Shown one piece after another: positions 43,238-54,100 of a DNA stretch of 64,000 nt (its first letter is position 1; the number at the start of each line of letters is the position of its first letter). Made by a program: the position numbers and the translations under genes. Location: the IMG/VR virus record IMGVR_UViG_3300046323_000234; one strand, given 5' to 3'. The stretch comes from a virus. The notes under the pieces were generated by a model. The model did not search any database and was not told where the DNA came from. It worked only from the letters and a program-made list of their open reading frames with translations.

Positions 43238-44872
43238 ATGTCCAATTTTACAACACGTCCAAATTTAGATAACAGAGATTTTACACAAACAAGTGGTTCA
43301 TCATTAAGTTTATATGGTGTAACTACTGTTGTTAATGATGGTGAATTAAATATTGATGGTATATTAAGGTCAAAGGGTATAATAATTGATGCAACAACAG
43401 GTGGAACTGGTTCAACAATTGGATATGGTTTAATATTTAATGGCGAAAGGATTTTATTACAACCAACCCTATCTAATGTTTCTTGGGGTAGTATTAATGG
43501 TGTATTATCTGGGCAAACTGATTTATGGAGGGTTATTAGTGGGACAACATCAAATGTTGGTGATATAACAGGTGCAACCAATGGTTTAACAAAGGTTGAT
43601 AAGGATATTAGATTAGGTGGTAGATTAAGTGGTACAACCACAATTATATTTGAGCAAACTGGTTCAACATATGGAAATATATCATATGTTTTAACAATTG
43701 GTGAAGAGGAAAATGCGTTTAATATAAGAACGACAAGCAATCAAGCAACAAATCCAATAACTGAGATAAAATCAAATGCATCAGAAATACAGTTATCACA
43801 TTCTGATGATATAACAGTTAGTACGGTTAATGTTGGCGATTCTGGTAATGAAATGTTAACGCTTGATGTTACTGGTGGTAGTTATAGTAAACAATCAACT
43901 GGCATTGATCCACAAATCAATTTACCATTTGCAAAAATGGAAACTGTTAGGAGTGATAATTCAGCAGTTAATCAAATAAGGGTTATAAGAACTGGTATTA
44001 CAATAACATTACAGAATTTTAATAATTCGGATTTAGTTAAATTAGAATTTTCAAATGATGGTGGAACTAAATATACCGATAATAGAATAATTAATACTGG
44101 TATTGAATATGCTGGTAATTATAGAACTGGTTTTACACAATTTACATTAGTTGATAAGGGATTTGTTGAACAATTAGTTAGTAATACATCTGGTTCAACA
44201 GTAGTATTACCATCAGCAATAACAAGAACTGAATTATTTACATATATATCATCAGCTAGTACATATACTGTAAGTACACCAGCTATTGATGTTTTATTTT
44301 TAGATGTTAATGGTATTGTACAAAGAAAAAATATTGATTATAGTGTTAGTGGAAATGTAATTACATTATTATCAACATATGATAACGGTGATATCATTCA
44401 AGTCGTATATTATCAAGATTATAATCACACAATAACTGTTGAAGCTTTTTGGGGTGATATATATGGTACATTGACTGCACAAACTGATTTGGTTAATTAT
44501 ATTGACCAACAAATATTAGCATCAACACCACCCTCTCCATTACCAACAATATCTGGTTATACCAATATATCAGCAGTTACATCAATAAATTTTAGTAATT
44601 ATAATATATTTAAAGCAAACGTAATTGGTGATTTATCACCATTATTAACTGGTGGAACAGAAGGTTTAACATATGTTTTAAGATTGAGAAATGAATCCAC
44701 TGGAACAACATATAATTTGTTTTGGTCTGGAAATACTTATTATAGAACCGATTCAATTCCATTGTTAAATATAATAGAACCTAGTACAACTAATGATTAT
44801 TATATTTTTAGACTTGATAATTATTATAAAATAAACGTAGATTATTCGATAGCCATAGTTACAACATCATGA
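43238..44872 (+). CDS. Putative tail fibre/appendage protein
   Basis: WGSINGVLSGQTDL and WGDIYGTLTAQTDL repeats; VNGIVQ..DYSVSG; late motif upstream. Confidence 0.7.
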   Translation: MSNFTTRPNLDNRDFTQTSGSSLSLYGVTTVVNDGELNIDGILRSKGIIIDATTGGTGSTIGYGLIFNGERILLQPTLSNVSWGSINGVLSGQTDLWRVISGTTSNVGDITGATNGLTKVDKDIRLGGRLSGTTTIIFEQTGSTYGNISYVLTIGEEENAFNIRTTSNQATNPITEIKSNASEIQLSHSDDITVSTVNVGDSGNEMLTLDVTGGSYSKQSTGIDPQINLPFAKMETVRSDNSAVNQIRVIRTGITITLQNFNNSDLVKLEFSNDGGTKYTDNRIINTGIEYAGNYRTGFTQFTLVDKGFVEQLVSNTSGSTVVLPSAITRTELFTYISSASTYTVSTPAIDVLFLDVNGIVQRKNIDYSVSGNVITLLSTYDNGDIIQVVYYQDYNHTITVEAFWGDIYGTLTAQTDLVNYIDQQILASTPPSPLPTISGYTNISAVTSINFSNYNIFKANVIGDLSPLLTGGTEGLTYVLRLRNESTGTTYNLFWSGNTYYRTDSIPLLNIIEPSTTNDYYIFRLDNYYKINVDYSIAIVTTS

Positions 44873-45420
44873 GCATATTAGATTCATCAGGTAATAATCT
44901 ACCACCAGAAATTGGATTGGAAGGTCATTGGTTGACTAAATATGGTAAACCAATAACTAACACTGGTTTAATACCTAGTAGAGTAGGTAAAACTGACAGA
45001 TTTCCTGTTAGTGGGTCGTGTATTGCTCTCGATAAAACGGACGATTATGTTAATGTTGGTAATTTAAATACATCAGCTTCAACGATATGTGTTTGGGTTA
45101 AACCAAATAGTGTAACAGCAGTTGTAAATTATTTAATACAATTCACAACAAGACAATCAATTAATTTTATTAATGCTGTTGTAGCCCCAAGCGGTATTAC
45201 AAATACAATAATATATGTTAATGGTAATTCTGGTTCAACGTTAACAACAAACTGGAATCATTTAGTGGTAACTACACCAAATCCAATAAATTTAACAGAT
45301 GTTACTATTGGAAGATTTGAGGGAAATAAATATTATGGTGGACAATTATTTGATTTGATATTATATTCAGATGTAAAAACATTATCATTTATTAACGAAT
45401 TATATAATAGTTATTTGTAA
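44869..45420 (+). CDS. LamG/concanavalin-like domain protein
   Basis: DDYV, TICVWVK, WNHLVV, IGR. Confidence 0.7.
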   Translation: MSILDSSGNNLPPEIGLEGHWLTKYGKPITNTGLIPSRVGKTDRFPVSGSCIALDKTDDYVNVGNLNTSASTICVWVKPNSVTAVVNYLIQFTTRQSINFINAVVAPSGITNTIIYVNGNSGSTLTTNWNHLVVTTPNPINLTDVTIGRFEGNKYYGGQLFDLILYSDVKTLSFINELYNSYL

Positions 45421-47543
45421 TGGCAGATTTAACACAAAATACTATATTAAGATTTAAATGTGATGAATCAACTGGAACGACAGTTTATGATTCATCTGGT
45501 AATGCAATACATAAAGCATTAATTGGTAACATACCAAGAACATCACAAAACATATATTCATTTGCAAATGAAGAAGGATATACATTAAGTGGTTCAACAA
45601 GAATACCAAAACTAAATAATTCAAATACATTGGATGTATTTGGAAATCAATTAACATATAAAGGTAAGGTAAGTTATCCAGCAGAGTTTGTTGAAAGTAA
45701 TGCTCTATCATTCGACACAATCGATGATTATGCTGAATTTCCAAATCCATATTCTTTTTTAAGAACAAATGGATTTACAACAGATTTACCTGTTAGTATT
45801 TTTGCGAGAGTTATGTTTAAGGAAAATGGATCTGATGTTATTGTATTGGGTGCTTCTGAGAATGTCGCATCAAGTGCTGATAGTGATTTTGTTGTATATA
45901 CTGATTCTGCAACAAATAAACTCAGATTCTCTATATATAGTGCAAAAGCAAGTTCATCAAATCCAAATAGAATAAGTGTTTATCAAGCTAGTTTAATACC
46001 AACATTAAATAGATATTATAATATTGTAATAACATATAATGGAAATCGTGATTCAACATCTGTAACATATTATGTTGATGGTATTTCAACATCTGTGGAT
46101 TTATATACATTTATTGGTGTTGGTCATTATACTGGAAAAACACAAGCATTAAGAAGTACTTGGCAAGTATCTAAATTTGGAAGTATAAACTTCAGTTCAA
46201 AAGAAATATCTGCACTTAGTATTTATAATTCAGTATTAACTGCACAAGAGGCTTTAAATTTACATAATGGTATATTTACAAAACCAGCAGTAGTATTTTT
46301 TCCATTTTCAGAAGGTATTGGAAATAATACATATACGACAAGTGGAAGTATAATTACTGGCGCAACATTATTCGGTGGTGTTACAAGATCAAAACAGGAT
46401 ATATATCCATATAACCAATTAAATAATCATTGGCAGTATGTATCAGGAAACACAAGTGGACAAACTGTAACATTATATAGTCCAATAGATTTAACTAATA
46501 GTGTACCAACTGGATTTACATTTAGTAGATTTGTACAAGGTTCGAGATATTATTTAAATGGAAGTGAATCCAAAGTAAATTTTAATTATTATAATGCACC
46601 CAAGACAAATTTATTGCCAACTGGATATACGCAACAAACATCACCTAGTTCATTTCTTTTTTATAGAAATATTTTGGTTAGTAGTGGTACATCCGAATTT
46701 TTATTATATCCAGTAATTAACAATGTGAAAATAGTTAATAAAATTGCTAATTATTCTAGGTTAACAAATATCACCGATAGTGATGTTTTAAATGTTATAT
46801 CTATTATGACTGGATTAACAAAAAATGAACAATATGGTTTAAATTATTTAATAACATATTTAAAATTAACTAATTTATGGAATAAGTTAAAAGCTATTTA
46901 TCCATTTATTGGGCGAACGTCAGCGAATCATAAGTTTAATATCAAAAATCCTTTAGATACTAATGGTGCTTTTAGATTAACATTTTCTGGTGGTGTAACA
47001 CATAACGAAAATGGTGTAACATTTGATGGAATAAATGGATATGCAAATACTTATTTTACACCAACTGCACAACTTACTCAAAATAGTGAATCAATAATTT
47101 ACTATTCTAGGTCTTCTGGTGTTGGTGCAGCAGGTGTACAAGATGACATTGGTACTGCAACGTCAATAATAATTCGAAGTGGTATGATTGTTCGTAATGA
47201 TGTTGGTAATTTTGTATCACAAATGAATAGCGTAACAAATGGACTTACAAGTGTATCGAATCCAGATGGTAAAGGTATTTATGTTTCTAGTAGAATTTCT
47301 TCAACATCTGGGAAATTATTCAAAAATAAAAAAGAAGTTGCATCTAATATAAATGCAAATAATGGTACATTAGGAAATTCAAATCATTATATAGGTTGTA
47401 GAAACGTCAGTAATGTTGCCCAAAGTTTTACACCAAGAAATACAGGATTTGTTGCACTTGGTGATGGGTTAAGTGATATTGAAGCTATTAATTTAAGTAA
47501 TATAATAGAAATAACACAAGTAATTTTAAATAGAAACGTATAA
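45420..47543 (+). CDS. LamG-domain virion/receptor-binding protein
   Basis: DESTGTTVYDSSGN, FDTIDDY, YVDG, LWNKLKAIYPF. Confidence 0.7.
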   Translation: MADLTQNTILRFKCDESTGTTVYDSSGNAIHKALIGNIPRTSQNIYSFANEEGYTLSGSTRIPKLNNSNTLDVFGNQLTYKGKVSYPAEFVESNALSFDTIDDYAEFPNPYSFLRTNGFTTDLPVSIFARVMFKENGSDVIVLGASENVASSADSDFVVYTDSATNKLRFSIYSAKASSSNPNRISVYQASLIPTLNRYYNIVITYNGNRDSTSVTYYVDGISTSVDLYTFIGVGHYTGKTQALRSTWQVSKFGSINFSSKEISALSIYNSVLTAQEALNLHNGIFTKPAVVFFPFSEGIGNNTYTTSGSIITGATLFGGVTRSKQDIYPYNQLNNHWQYVSGNTSGQTVTLYSPIDLTNSVPTGFTFSRFVQGSRYYLNGSESKVNFNYYNAPKTNLLPTGYTQQTSPSSFLFYRNILVSSGTSEFLLYPVINNVKIVNKIANYSRLTNITDSDVLNVISIMTGLTKNEQYGLNYLITYLKLTNLWNKLKAIYPFIGRTSANHKFNIKNPLDTNGAFRLTFSGGVTHNENGVTFDGINGYANTYFTPTAQLTQNSESIIYYSRSSGVGAAGVQDDIGTATSIIIRSGMIVRNDVGNFVSQMNSVTNGLTSVSNPDGKGIYVSSRISSTSGKLFKNKKEVASNINANNGTLGNSNHYIGCRNVSNVAQSFTPRNTGFVALGDGLSDIEAINLSNIIEITQVILNRNV

Positions 47544-47544
47544 T

Positions 47545-48063
47545 ATGAAAATAATTTTCCCATTAAACACGGCATTACAGAGTGGTAAATATGCAAATCT
47601 AATATTGGATTTACTAATATTTCCATCAGCACAACAGCATTACATAAATGAGAATGCTAAATCATTAGAGATTTCGGATAGAGATTTTGGTGTATGGTGT
47701 CAATTCAATGCAACAACACCGATTACAAAAATTAAAGAAATTGCTGATGATATTATATCAGCAAATCAAACATATGGATTTACAACACCAGATATATTAG
47801 AAATACCATTATGGATAAAAGGTGATATTGGAATATTGGATAGTGAATATATAACTGGAACAACGTATAGACAATTACATGAATCTGATTATCCAAATGC
47901 GCCATTTGCTACCAATGGAAGTGAATGTATAATTAGAATTCCTAATTGGGAGAATTGTGATATGGATTTCTTTTTGGAATTATATAATAAGCAAGGTGGA
48001 TTATACAATATGTCTTTATTAACAGTAACACAAATGCAAACATTAACAACAAGTTGGATATAA
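47545..48063 (+). CDS. Hypothetical protein (possible fibre chaperone)
   Basis: Directly follows the fibre gene. Confidence 0.55.
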   Translation: MKIIFPLNTALQSGKYANLILDLLIFPSAQQHYINENAKSLEISDRDFGVWCQFNATTPITKIKEIADDIISANQTYGFTTPDILEIPLWIKGDIGILDSEYITGTTYRQLHESDYPNAPFATNGSECIIRIPNWENCDMDFFLELYNKQGGLYNMSLLTVTQMQTLTTSWI

Positions 48064-48074
48064 ATTATAAAAAA

Positions 48075-48515
48075 ATGAAAAATAAAACAACAAAAACACA
48101 AGAAGATAAACTATTACATTATTTTGATGAGGAAAAGAACAAAAGAATGTTCTCTTACGATAAGGATGAATATTTTATTATTGATGGTGTAAAATATCTA
48201 GTTCCATCTCATTTAAATAATGAACGTTTCTATTTCGATGGGGCAACTGTACCAAGAATATTTTGGTGGATATTTCCACCTACAGGTAAAGCATTTAAGG
48301 CAGCATCATTGCATGATGTATTTTATGTTAGTGGATTTATAGATCAAATAACAAAAGGTAAGGTGACTAGAAGATTTGCTGATAAACTGTTTTTAAAACA
48401 TATGTTACAAGATAAAGTTCCAGCAATTCAATCCCATACTTTTTATATTATGGTTAGAGCATTTGGTGGCATCAAATTTTGGTTAGATGAGAGAAAAAGA
48501 AATAAATCCAAATAA
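48075..48515 (+). CDS. DUF1353-like protein
   Basis: FDGATVPRIFW, AASLHD, ADKLF, VRAFG. Confidence 0.75.
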   Translation: MKNKTTKTQEDKLLHYFDEEKNKRMFSYDKDEYFIIDGVKYLVPSHLNNERFYFDGATVPRIFWWIFPPTGKAFKAASLHDVFYVSGFIDQITKGKVTRRFADKLFLKHMLQDKVPAIQSHTFYIMVRAFGGIKFWLDERKRNKSK

Positions 48516-48541
48516 CTATTTATATATAAATATCATATTTC

Positions 48542-49372
48542 GTGAGCAACTTTACCACAAGGCCAAATTTAGACAATAGAGACTTCACACAAACCAGTGG
48601 ATCAACATTAAATTTATATGGTAACATCATTTTTGATAAATCTATCATATTAAATGGTGTTAATATAAATGCATCGACTGGTTCATCACTATTTGGATAT
48701 GTTTTAACACATACAGCTAATGGTATTGAATTAAAAGCACCATCTGGATTCACATCGGGTGGTGGAAGCGGTGGTGTTGGTGATATAACTGGTGCTACGA
48801 ATATTGGTGGTGGTGTTGGAGTATTTGCACAAAAGAATAATAAAGATTTTGAATTTAAATCATTTATTCCATTAAGTGCCATGACAATATCTGGCAATTC
48901 AGATCTAATATACTTTGGAGTAAATATTGATGAAACTAGAACACAAAACAGAAATACAGTTCCCAATAGTAAATTATTGGATGATCAATTAATAATTATT
49001 AATACTGGTGCAACATTTAATAGATCATATCAATTACCAGTTGCATTAATTAGTGGAATATCCAGCACATATATAATAGATTTATCACAGGGTGAATTAC
49101 ATACATTGTTATTGTCAGGAAATACTACATTAAATTATACTGGTCATACGATTGGTAAGACATATACGTTAATAATAAAAAAAGAAACAACAAATAAAAC
49201 ATTATCATTTACAACTGGTAGATATATGTTTCCGTTTGGAACAGAACCAGTTACAACCGATCCAACAGCGAATGGTAGTTCACCAGCAAAGAGTGATGAT
49301 ATATTAACATTATTATGTGTTGAATCAGCAAGAATGGCAGTTGTTTCAACACCAAATCTAATAAACAATTAA
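48542..49372 (+). CDS. Putative tail appendage protein; N-terminus paralogous to 43238
   Basis: MSNFTTRPNLDNRDFTQTSGS identical to 43238; GTG start; late motif upstream. Confidence 0.7.
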   Translation: MSNFTTRPNLDNRDFTQTSGSTLNLYGNIIFDKSIILNGVNINASTGSSLFGYVLTHTANGIELKAPSGFTSGGGSGGVGDITGATNIGGGVGVFAQKNNKDFEFKSFIPLSAMTISGNSDLIYFGVNIDETRTQNRNTVPNSKLLDDQLIIINTGATFNRSYQLPVALISGISSTYIIDLSQGELHTLLLSGNTTLNYTGHTIGKTYTLIIKKETTNKTLSFTTGRYMFPFGTEPVTTDPTANGSSPAKSDDILTLLCVESARMAVVSTPNLINN

Positions 49373-49376
49373 TAAA

Positions 49377-51614
49377 ATGTTATTTGGATTTAGAGGACAT
49401 TGGAATGGGGTTATAGATACCACCGCAAATGGTGAGGTGAGTGTTGGATTGATACAAATGAGAGTTTCAATAGCATCACCTGATATATTTAGTGGTGTGG
49501 TTGATATTGTTCCATTTTATTATGAAGCAGATGTTAATAGTGGTGGAACACCATTGAATATTTCATTAAATGGTACATTTGTATCAGCAGCAACCACAAC
49601 AAATAGAAGTGGATTTATTAGAGAAGGAACATATTCTTTACCAACTGATGGATATGGTGCAGCAACTCTTAGTGGCAGTAGAACGTTCGGATCACAATAC
49701 GTAGAACCAATTTCACCATTAACTAGAAGAAATAGATTTAATATATCTAGACCTGATTTGATTGAAGCAATAGATATTACAACATTATCAAATAATGGTG
49801 GTAAATCAAATACATCAAATCAACAGAGGAATATTAATTTTGACGATTATTCTAGATTTACGAATCTAAAATATATATCATTTAATGAAGGATATATTTC
49901 AGGAATGACTGGTAATTTACCAAATAGTTTAGAATATTTAAGAATTGGTGAACAACCAGTATTAAGAAATATTCCTAAAATTAATAATGGATTAAAACAT
50001 TTTATTCTAAATGAAACAGCAATCCCAACATCAGCAATAACATACACACTATCAGGTGTTTCAACATTAGAAACATTAAATTTTATAAATTTTTCGCCAT
50101 ATCCAAGTGTTAATGCTAATATACAACAATTATCTAATAATCTTGATTTAATAACTAATACATCGTTAAAAAATTTATATATAATTAATAAATCAAGTGG
50201 TGATATTTTTTTACACAATAATCATAATCAATGGGTTGATTTTTATGTGAGAAATTCAATGTACACCAATATTGGATATATAAATAGTTTATTTACAGGT
50301 TCAACCGTTAGAGATTTATTTATTGATGGAAATGGTTTATCATGGAATAGAAATATCGATAGTGATGATATAAATAATAATATGAGATATTGTTATTTAT
50401 ATAGTACCAATATTAGTGGTAATTGTATTATTACAGATAATAAACCCAATCTAATCGATTTTAGATTAGGTAATAATACATTAAGAAGTGGTGTACAACT
50501 AAATTCACATCCAATAGTAAATATTAGTGGTTTAACTGCTTGTGAAACGATTGATTTGAGTGGATGTAATGTTGAAGAATTAGAGCTACCTGTTAATACT
50601 GTTTGTACTTCTTTAATTTTGCTTGATAATAGGTTAGATATCGGTATTAATCCAAATTTAGTGGCTAAGATTAATGCGATGACCGCATTGGTTACATTGC
50701 AATTATCGAACAGCACCAATTTTTCTGGAGGCGCAGCAACGGGGCAGAATTCTACAAATGGATTGGGCGCAAACCCCGATTTATCAAGTCTTGTAAATGC
50801 AACCACTATTTTTATAGGCTCTTGTAAAATTACAGGAATATTAACTCTTCCAAATGTTAATAAATTAACTCAATTAACAGTTAGCGAAAATACAGGACTG
50901 ACAAGTATCGCTAATATTGCACCCCATGTTTCTTTGCTTTTATTTAGAGCAATAAACTGCCCTGCATTAGTCATTGCAAATCTTGCAACGTTTCCTGTGG
51001 CTACAACATTTCAAGCAGGAAAATGCACATTTACGTTATCTGATTACTCAACAAGGACTTCTGCAACAGAAATTAACCTTGATTTAAGAGAATGTGTATT
51101 TTCTAGTGGAGACTTTATATTTCCTTCTGTTGCTGGAAGGTTTCAAATACCGAACAATGGAAATCTATTAATAACAGATTCGCCCACATTAACCGCTTTG
51201 ACGAATTCTGAATTTATAACAGTTCAATCTTTAACTAATTCAACAACATTTAATGTGTCTAATTGTGCTATAAATCAAATCATACCTTTTGGTCAAAATT
51301 CATTCCTGCCGAGAACAATGTTAGTACAAGGAAATGGAATGAATGTTACAAATGTTGACGGCACAATAGATTCAATTTATCAAAATAGTGCAAAATGGGA
51401 TAGAACAGTTGTTCACATATTAAACATCGCTGGCACAAACGCCACACCAAGTGGTTCATATGCTGCACCATCTGGTTATATACAAGCTGATGGCGTTACA
51501 AATGGTAATGATGGATCACCAGTAAGTGCCAAAGAACAAATGTATGTTTTAGTAAATCAAAACGTAGATTTAACAACAACAAAGAAATATAATTGGACGA
51601 TAACAACAAGTTAA
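49377..51614 (+). CDS. Leucine-rich-repeat-like virion/receptor-binding protein
   Basis: LPNSLEYLRI, LTACETIDLSGC, KLTQLTVSEN repeats. Confidence 0.65.
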   Translation: MLFGFRGHWNGVIDTTANGEVSVGLIQMRVSIASPDIFSGVVDIVPFYYEADVNSGGTPLNISLNGTFVSAATTTNRSGFIREGTYSLPTDGYGAATLSGSRTFGSQYVEPISPLTRRNRFNISRPDLIEAIDITTLSNNGGKSNTSNQQRNINFDDYSRFTNLKYISFNEGYISGMTGNLPNSLEYLRIGEQPVLRNIPKINNGLKHFILNETAIPTSAITYTLSGVSTLETLNFINFSPYPSVNANIQQLSNNLDLITNTSLKNLYIINKSSGDIFLHNNHNQWVDFYVRNSMYTNIGYINSLFTGSTVRDLFIDGNGLSWNRNIDSDDINNNMRYCYLYSTNISGNCIITDNKPNLIDFRLGNNTLRSGVQLNSHPIVNISGLTACETIDLSGCNVEELELPVNTVCTSLILLDNRLDIGINPNLVAKINAMTALVTLQLSNSTNFSGGAATGQNSTNGLGANPDLSSLVNATTIFIGSCKITGILTLPNVNKLTQLTVSENTGLTSIANIAPHVSLLLFRAINCPALVIANLATFPVATTFQAGKCTFTLSDYSTRTSATEINLDLRECVFSSGDFIFPSVAGRFQIPNNGNLLITDSPTLTALTNSEFITVQSLTNSTTFNVSNCAINQIIPFGQNSFLPRTMLVQGNGMNVTNVDGTIDSIYQNSAKWDRTVVHILNIAGTNATPSGSYAAPSGYIQADGVTNGNDGSPVSAKEQMYVLVNQNVDLTTTKKYNWTITTS

Positions 51615-51615
51615 T

Positions 51616-51789
51616 ATGCAATATGCTTTTTTTCATAAGGATAAAATATTAGTAGATGTATATGAATATACTGGTGGAACAATATATACGGCAAATAGTT
51701 TATATATCGGCACTATTCAAGAAGCTATTAAAATATTTAAATTACAAAAGATAGATTATTCCTTATTAACGGAATTAAATCTAATCTAA
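51616..51789 (+). CDS. 57-aa hypothetical protein, not in ORF track
   Basis: MQYAFFHKDKILVDVYEYTGG...ELNLI. Confidence 0.55.
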   Translation: MQYAFFHKDKILVDVYEYTGGTIYTANSLYIGTIQEAIKIFKLQKIDYSLLTELNLI

Positions 51790-51814
51790 TAATCTATTTA
51801 TAATAAAGAATTAA

Positions 51815-52213
51815 ATGAAAAAATTTTTCATAAAAAAAGATTCAACATTTCCATCATTGGAAATACCATTAACTGATATATCTGAAAGATTTGATATAAC
51901 TGATGATATGTGGGAGAATTGTGCTGTTACATTTTCAATGTATGATACTGAAAAGAAAGTATATAGAATAGCAAATAAAGAAGGTCAATTAATAGTTAGA
52001 GATAGAATACAACAAATTATAAAACCATATAATTATTTTGTTGGATATACGTTTGAAACAAAAGATACAAAATATTCTGGAATATATCATGGTGAGTTTA
52101 AAATAGACTTCTTTGATCAATATGGAAACAATTGTTTAAAACTAACAATACCAAATGAAGATATGTTATATATCATAATTGAAGATTCTATTACAAAAAC
52201 AACAGTTATTTAA
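51815..52213 (+). CDS. BppU-N-like baseplate protein
   Basis: FIKKDSTFPSL, VTFSM, DTKYSGIYHGEF. Confidence 0.6.
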   Translation: MKKFFIKKDSTFPSLEIPLTDISERFDITDDMWENCAVTFSMYDTEKKVYRIANKEGQLIVRDRIQQIIKPYNYFVGYTFETKDTKYSGIYHGEFKIDFFDQYGNNCLKLTIPNEDMLYIIIEDSITKTTVI

Positions 52214-52250
52214 GATTTTTCCGTTAGGACTGTTTGCGTTACTGCAAACC

Positions 52251-52287
52251 AAACCAATCCAATTCGCTACTGGATTGGTTTTTTTTT
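52251..52287 (+). terminator. Rho-independent terminator
   Basis: AAACCAATCCA...TGGATTGGTTTTTTTTT. Confidence 0.8.
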
Positions 52288-52332
52288 GTTAATTATATTT
52301 TTTTGGATTAGATTTACATTTTATATTAAAAA

Positions 52333-54099
52333 ATGTTTACAGTAGAAGTGGAACGTATCCCAAAAAAACAGTCATTCATATTAAAATTTAATTATAATAT
52401 TGGATTGGTTGAAACCATAAAGGCTACCAAGAAAGAAGGTAGAAAATATAATGATGTCCAAAAAAATTGGATATTAACTGTAAGTAATTTATATGATGTT
52501 ATATCTCACTATATAAAATCTGATAAAATATTTTTTAATTTTATTAATGAAGATGATAGGGCATTCTTTAAGAAACAGTTTTTAAGATTAAGAGCAAAAG
52601 AGGTTGAATTATTGGATAAAAAGAGAATAATTGAAGAAAGAAAAATAAAAGCTATTCAATTTAAGAAAACAATTGAGGTGAATTATTTACAATATTATGA
52701 TGAAGTCACAAAACACATAAAAGATAAATCATTTATACCATATCCACATCAGATTGCTGGTGTTAAGTTTCTTGAAGTTATAAAAAGTGGTGCATTATTG
52801 TTTGAAATGGGTTTGGGCAAGTCAATAGTGTCAATAATTCACACATTATCAATGGATTATAAAAAGATATTGGTTATAGTTCCAAACAATTTAAAGTTTA
52901 ATTATTTAAATGAAATTGAGAAATTCACCAATGAAAAGGCATATATAATAGGCATTAAATCTAATAAATATGATATTAGTGAGTGTAGATATATAATTGT
53001 TAACTATGATTTTTATTCAAGGTCTAGTGGATTAGAAACCAAACTAAAGAAATATGATTTATTAAATGGTGTAGAATGTTTAATATGTGATGAGGCACAT
53101 TATTTAAAGAATAGTGATTCAAATAGATATAGAAATGTAAAAAAGTATCATAAAGGTATTGAAAATAAGGTATTCTTAACTGGAACACCAGCACCATCTA
53201 GAATTAGAGAAATATATAATATGATGAATCTAATATCCGATATTGAATTTTCAAGTAAAGAAAAATTTTATACAGAATATTTGGATTTAGTGTATAATCC
53301 AGAAGAATATGGATGGGTTAGTAAATATAATGTTTTAGATAGTGTAGAAAGTGGTGAATTTGTAAATGAGTATGCTAAAGTATATGAGAAATTACAACCA
53401 TTTGTTTATAGAAAAACCAAAGAAGAGGTTTTAAAAGATTTACCAGATAAAGTATTTAATGATGTTATTATTGAATTATCTGATAAAGATTATAGGGAAT
53501 ATTCTAGTATAGCAAGACAAATAATGGCTGAAGGTAAACCAGAAATAGCTGTCAGAGTGGCACAAAAACAGTTTACTGCTAATTTCAAATCCAATCCAAT
53601 AATAGATTTGATTGAAATAATTGTAATGGAGAATGATAAAAAATTGGTTATTGTTGATCAATTTAAAGAACCATTACGGAATTTATATAATCAATATAAA
53701 GACATATCTGCATATTTTACTGGTGATAGTACATTAGAAGAAAGAAATGCTATTGTAAAAGACTTTCAAAATCCAAATGGTAAAATAAAAATTATATTTG
53801 GAATTGAAACTGTTATAAAAGAAGGATTAACTTTAACAGAAGCATCTGATATAGTGGTTTGTACATTATCAGATGTTCCAGGTACTTATGACCAAGTTGT
53901 AGATAGACTTCATAGGATTGGACAAAAATCATCGGTGAATGTTTATAATATTATATGTAGAGATACTGTTGATGAGAAAATAAATGATATGTTAAAAATG
54001 AAAAGAAAAGAAATTTCACTTGGAATCGATAATAAAATTAGCGACTATAAATCCAATGATATATCTTTGTCGGAAGTTATAACAATTAATAAAAAATAA
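52333..54099 (+). CDS. SNF2-family helicase/ATPase (HARP-like N-terminus)
   Basis: PYPHQ, EMGLGKS, DEAH, LTGTP, EGLTLT, DRLHRIGQ. Confidence 0.9.
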   Translation: MFTVEVERIPKKQSFILKFNYNIGLVETIKATKKEGRKYNDVQKNWILTVSNLYDVISHYIKSDKIFFNFINEDDRAFFKKQFLRLRAKEVELLDKKRIIEERKIKAIQFKKTIEVNYLQYYDEVTKHIKDKSFIPYPHQIAGVKFLEVIKSGALLFEMGLGKSIVSIIHTLSMDYKKILVIVPNNLKFNYLNEIEKFTNEKAYIIGIKSNKYDISECRYIIVNYDFYSRSSGLETKLKKYDLLNGVECLICDEAHYLKNSDSNRYRNVKKYHKGIENKVFLTGTPAPSRIREIYNMMNLISDIEFSSKEKFYTEYLDLVYNPEEYGWVSKYNVLDSVESGEFVNEYAKVYEKLQPFVYRKTKEEVLKDLPDKVFNDVIIELSDKDYREYSSIARQIMAEGKPEIAVRVAQKQFTANFKSNPIIDLIEIIVMENDKKLVIVDQFKEPLRNLYNQYKDISAYFTGDSTLEERNAIVKDFQNPNGKIKIIFGIETVIKEGLTLTEASDIVVCTLSDVPGTYDQVVDRLHRIGQKSSVNVYNIICRDTVDEKINDMLKMKRKEISLGIDNKISDYKSNDISLSEVITINKK

Positions 54100-54100
54100 A

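Noticed and set aside
39225-51614. Diversity-generating retroelement acting on fibre genes
   Set aside because: No reverse transcriptase in the window, and the duplicated blocks do not show adenine-specific differences
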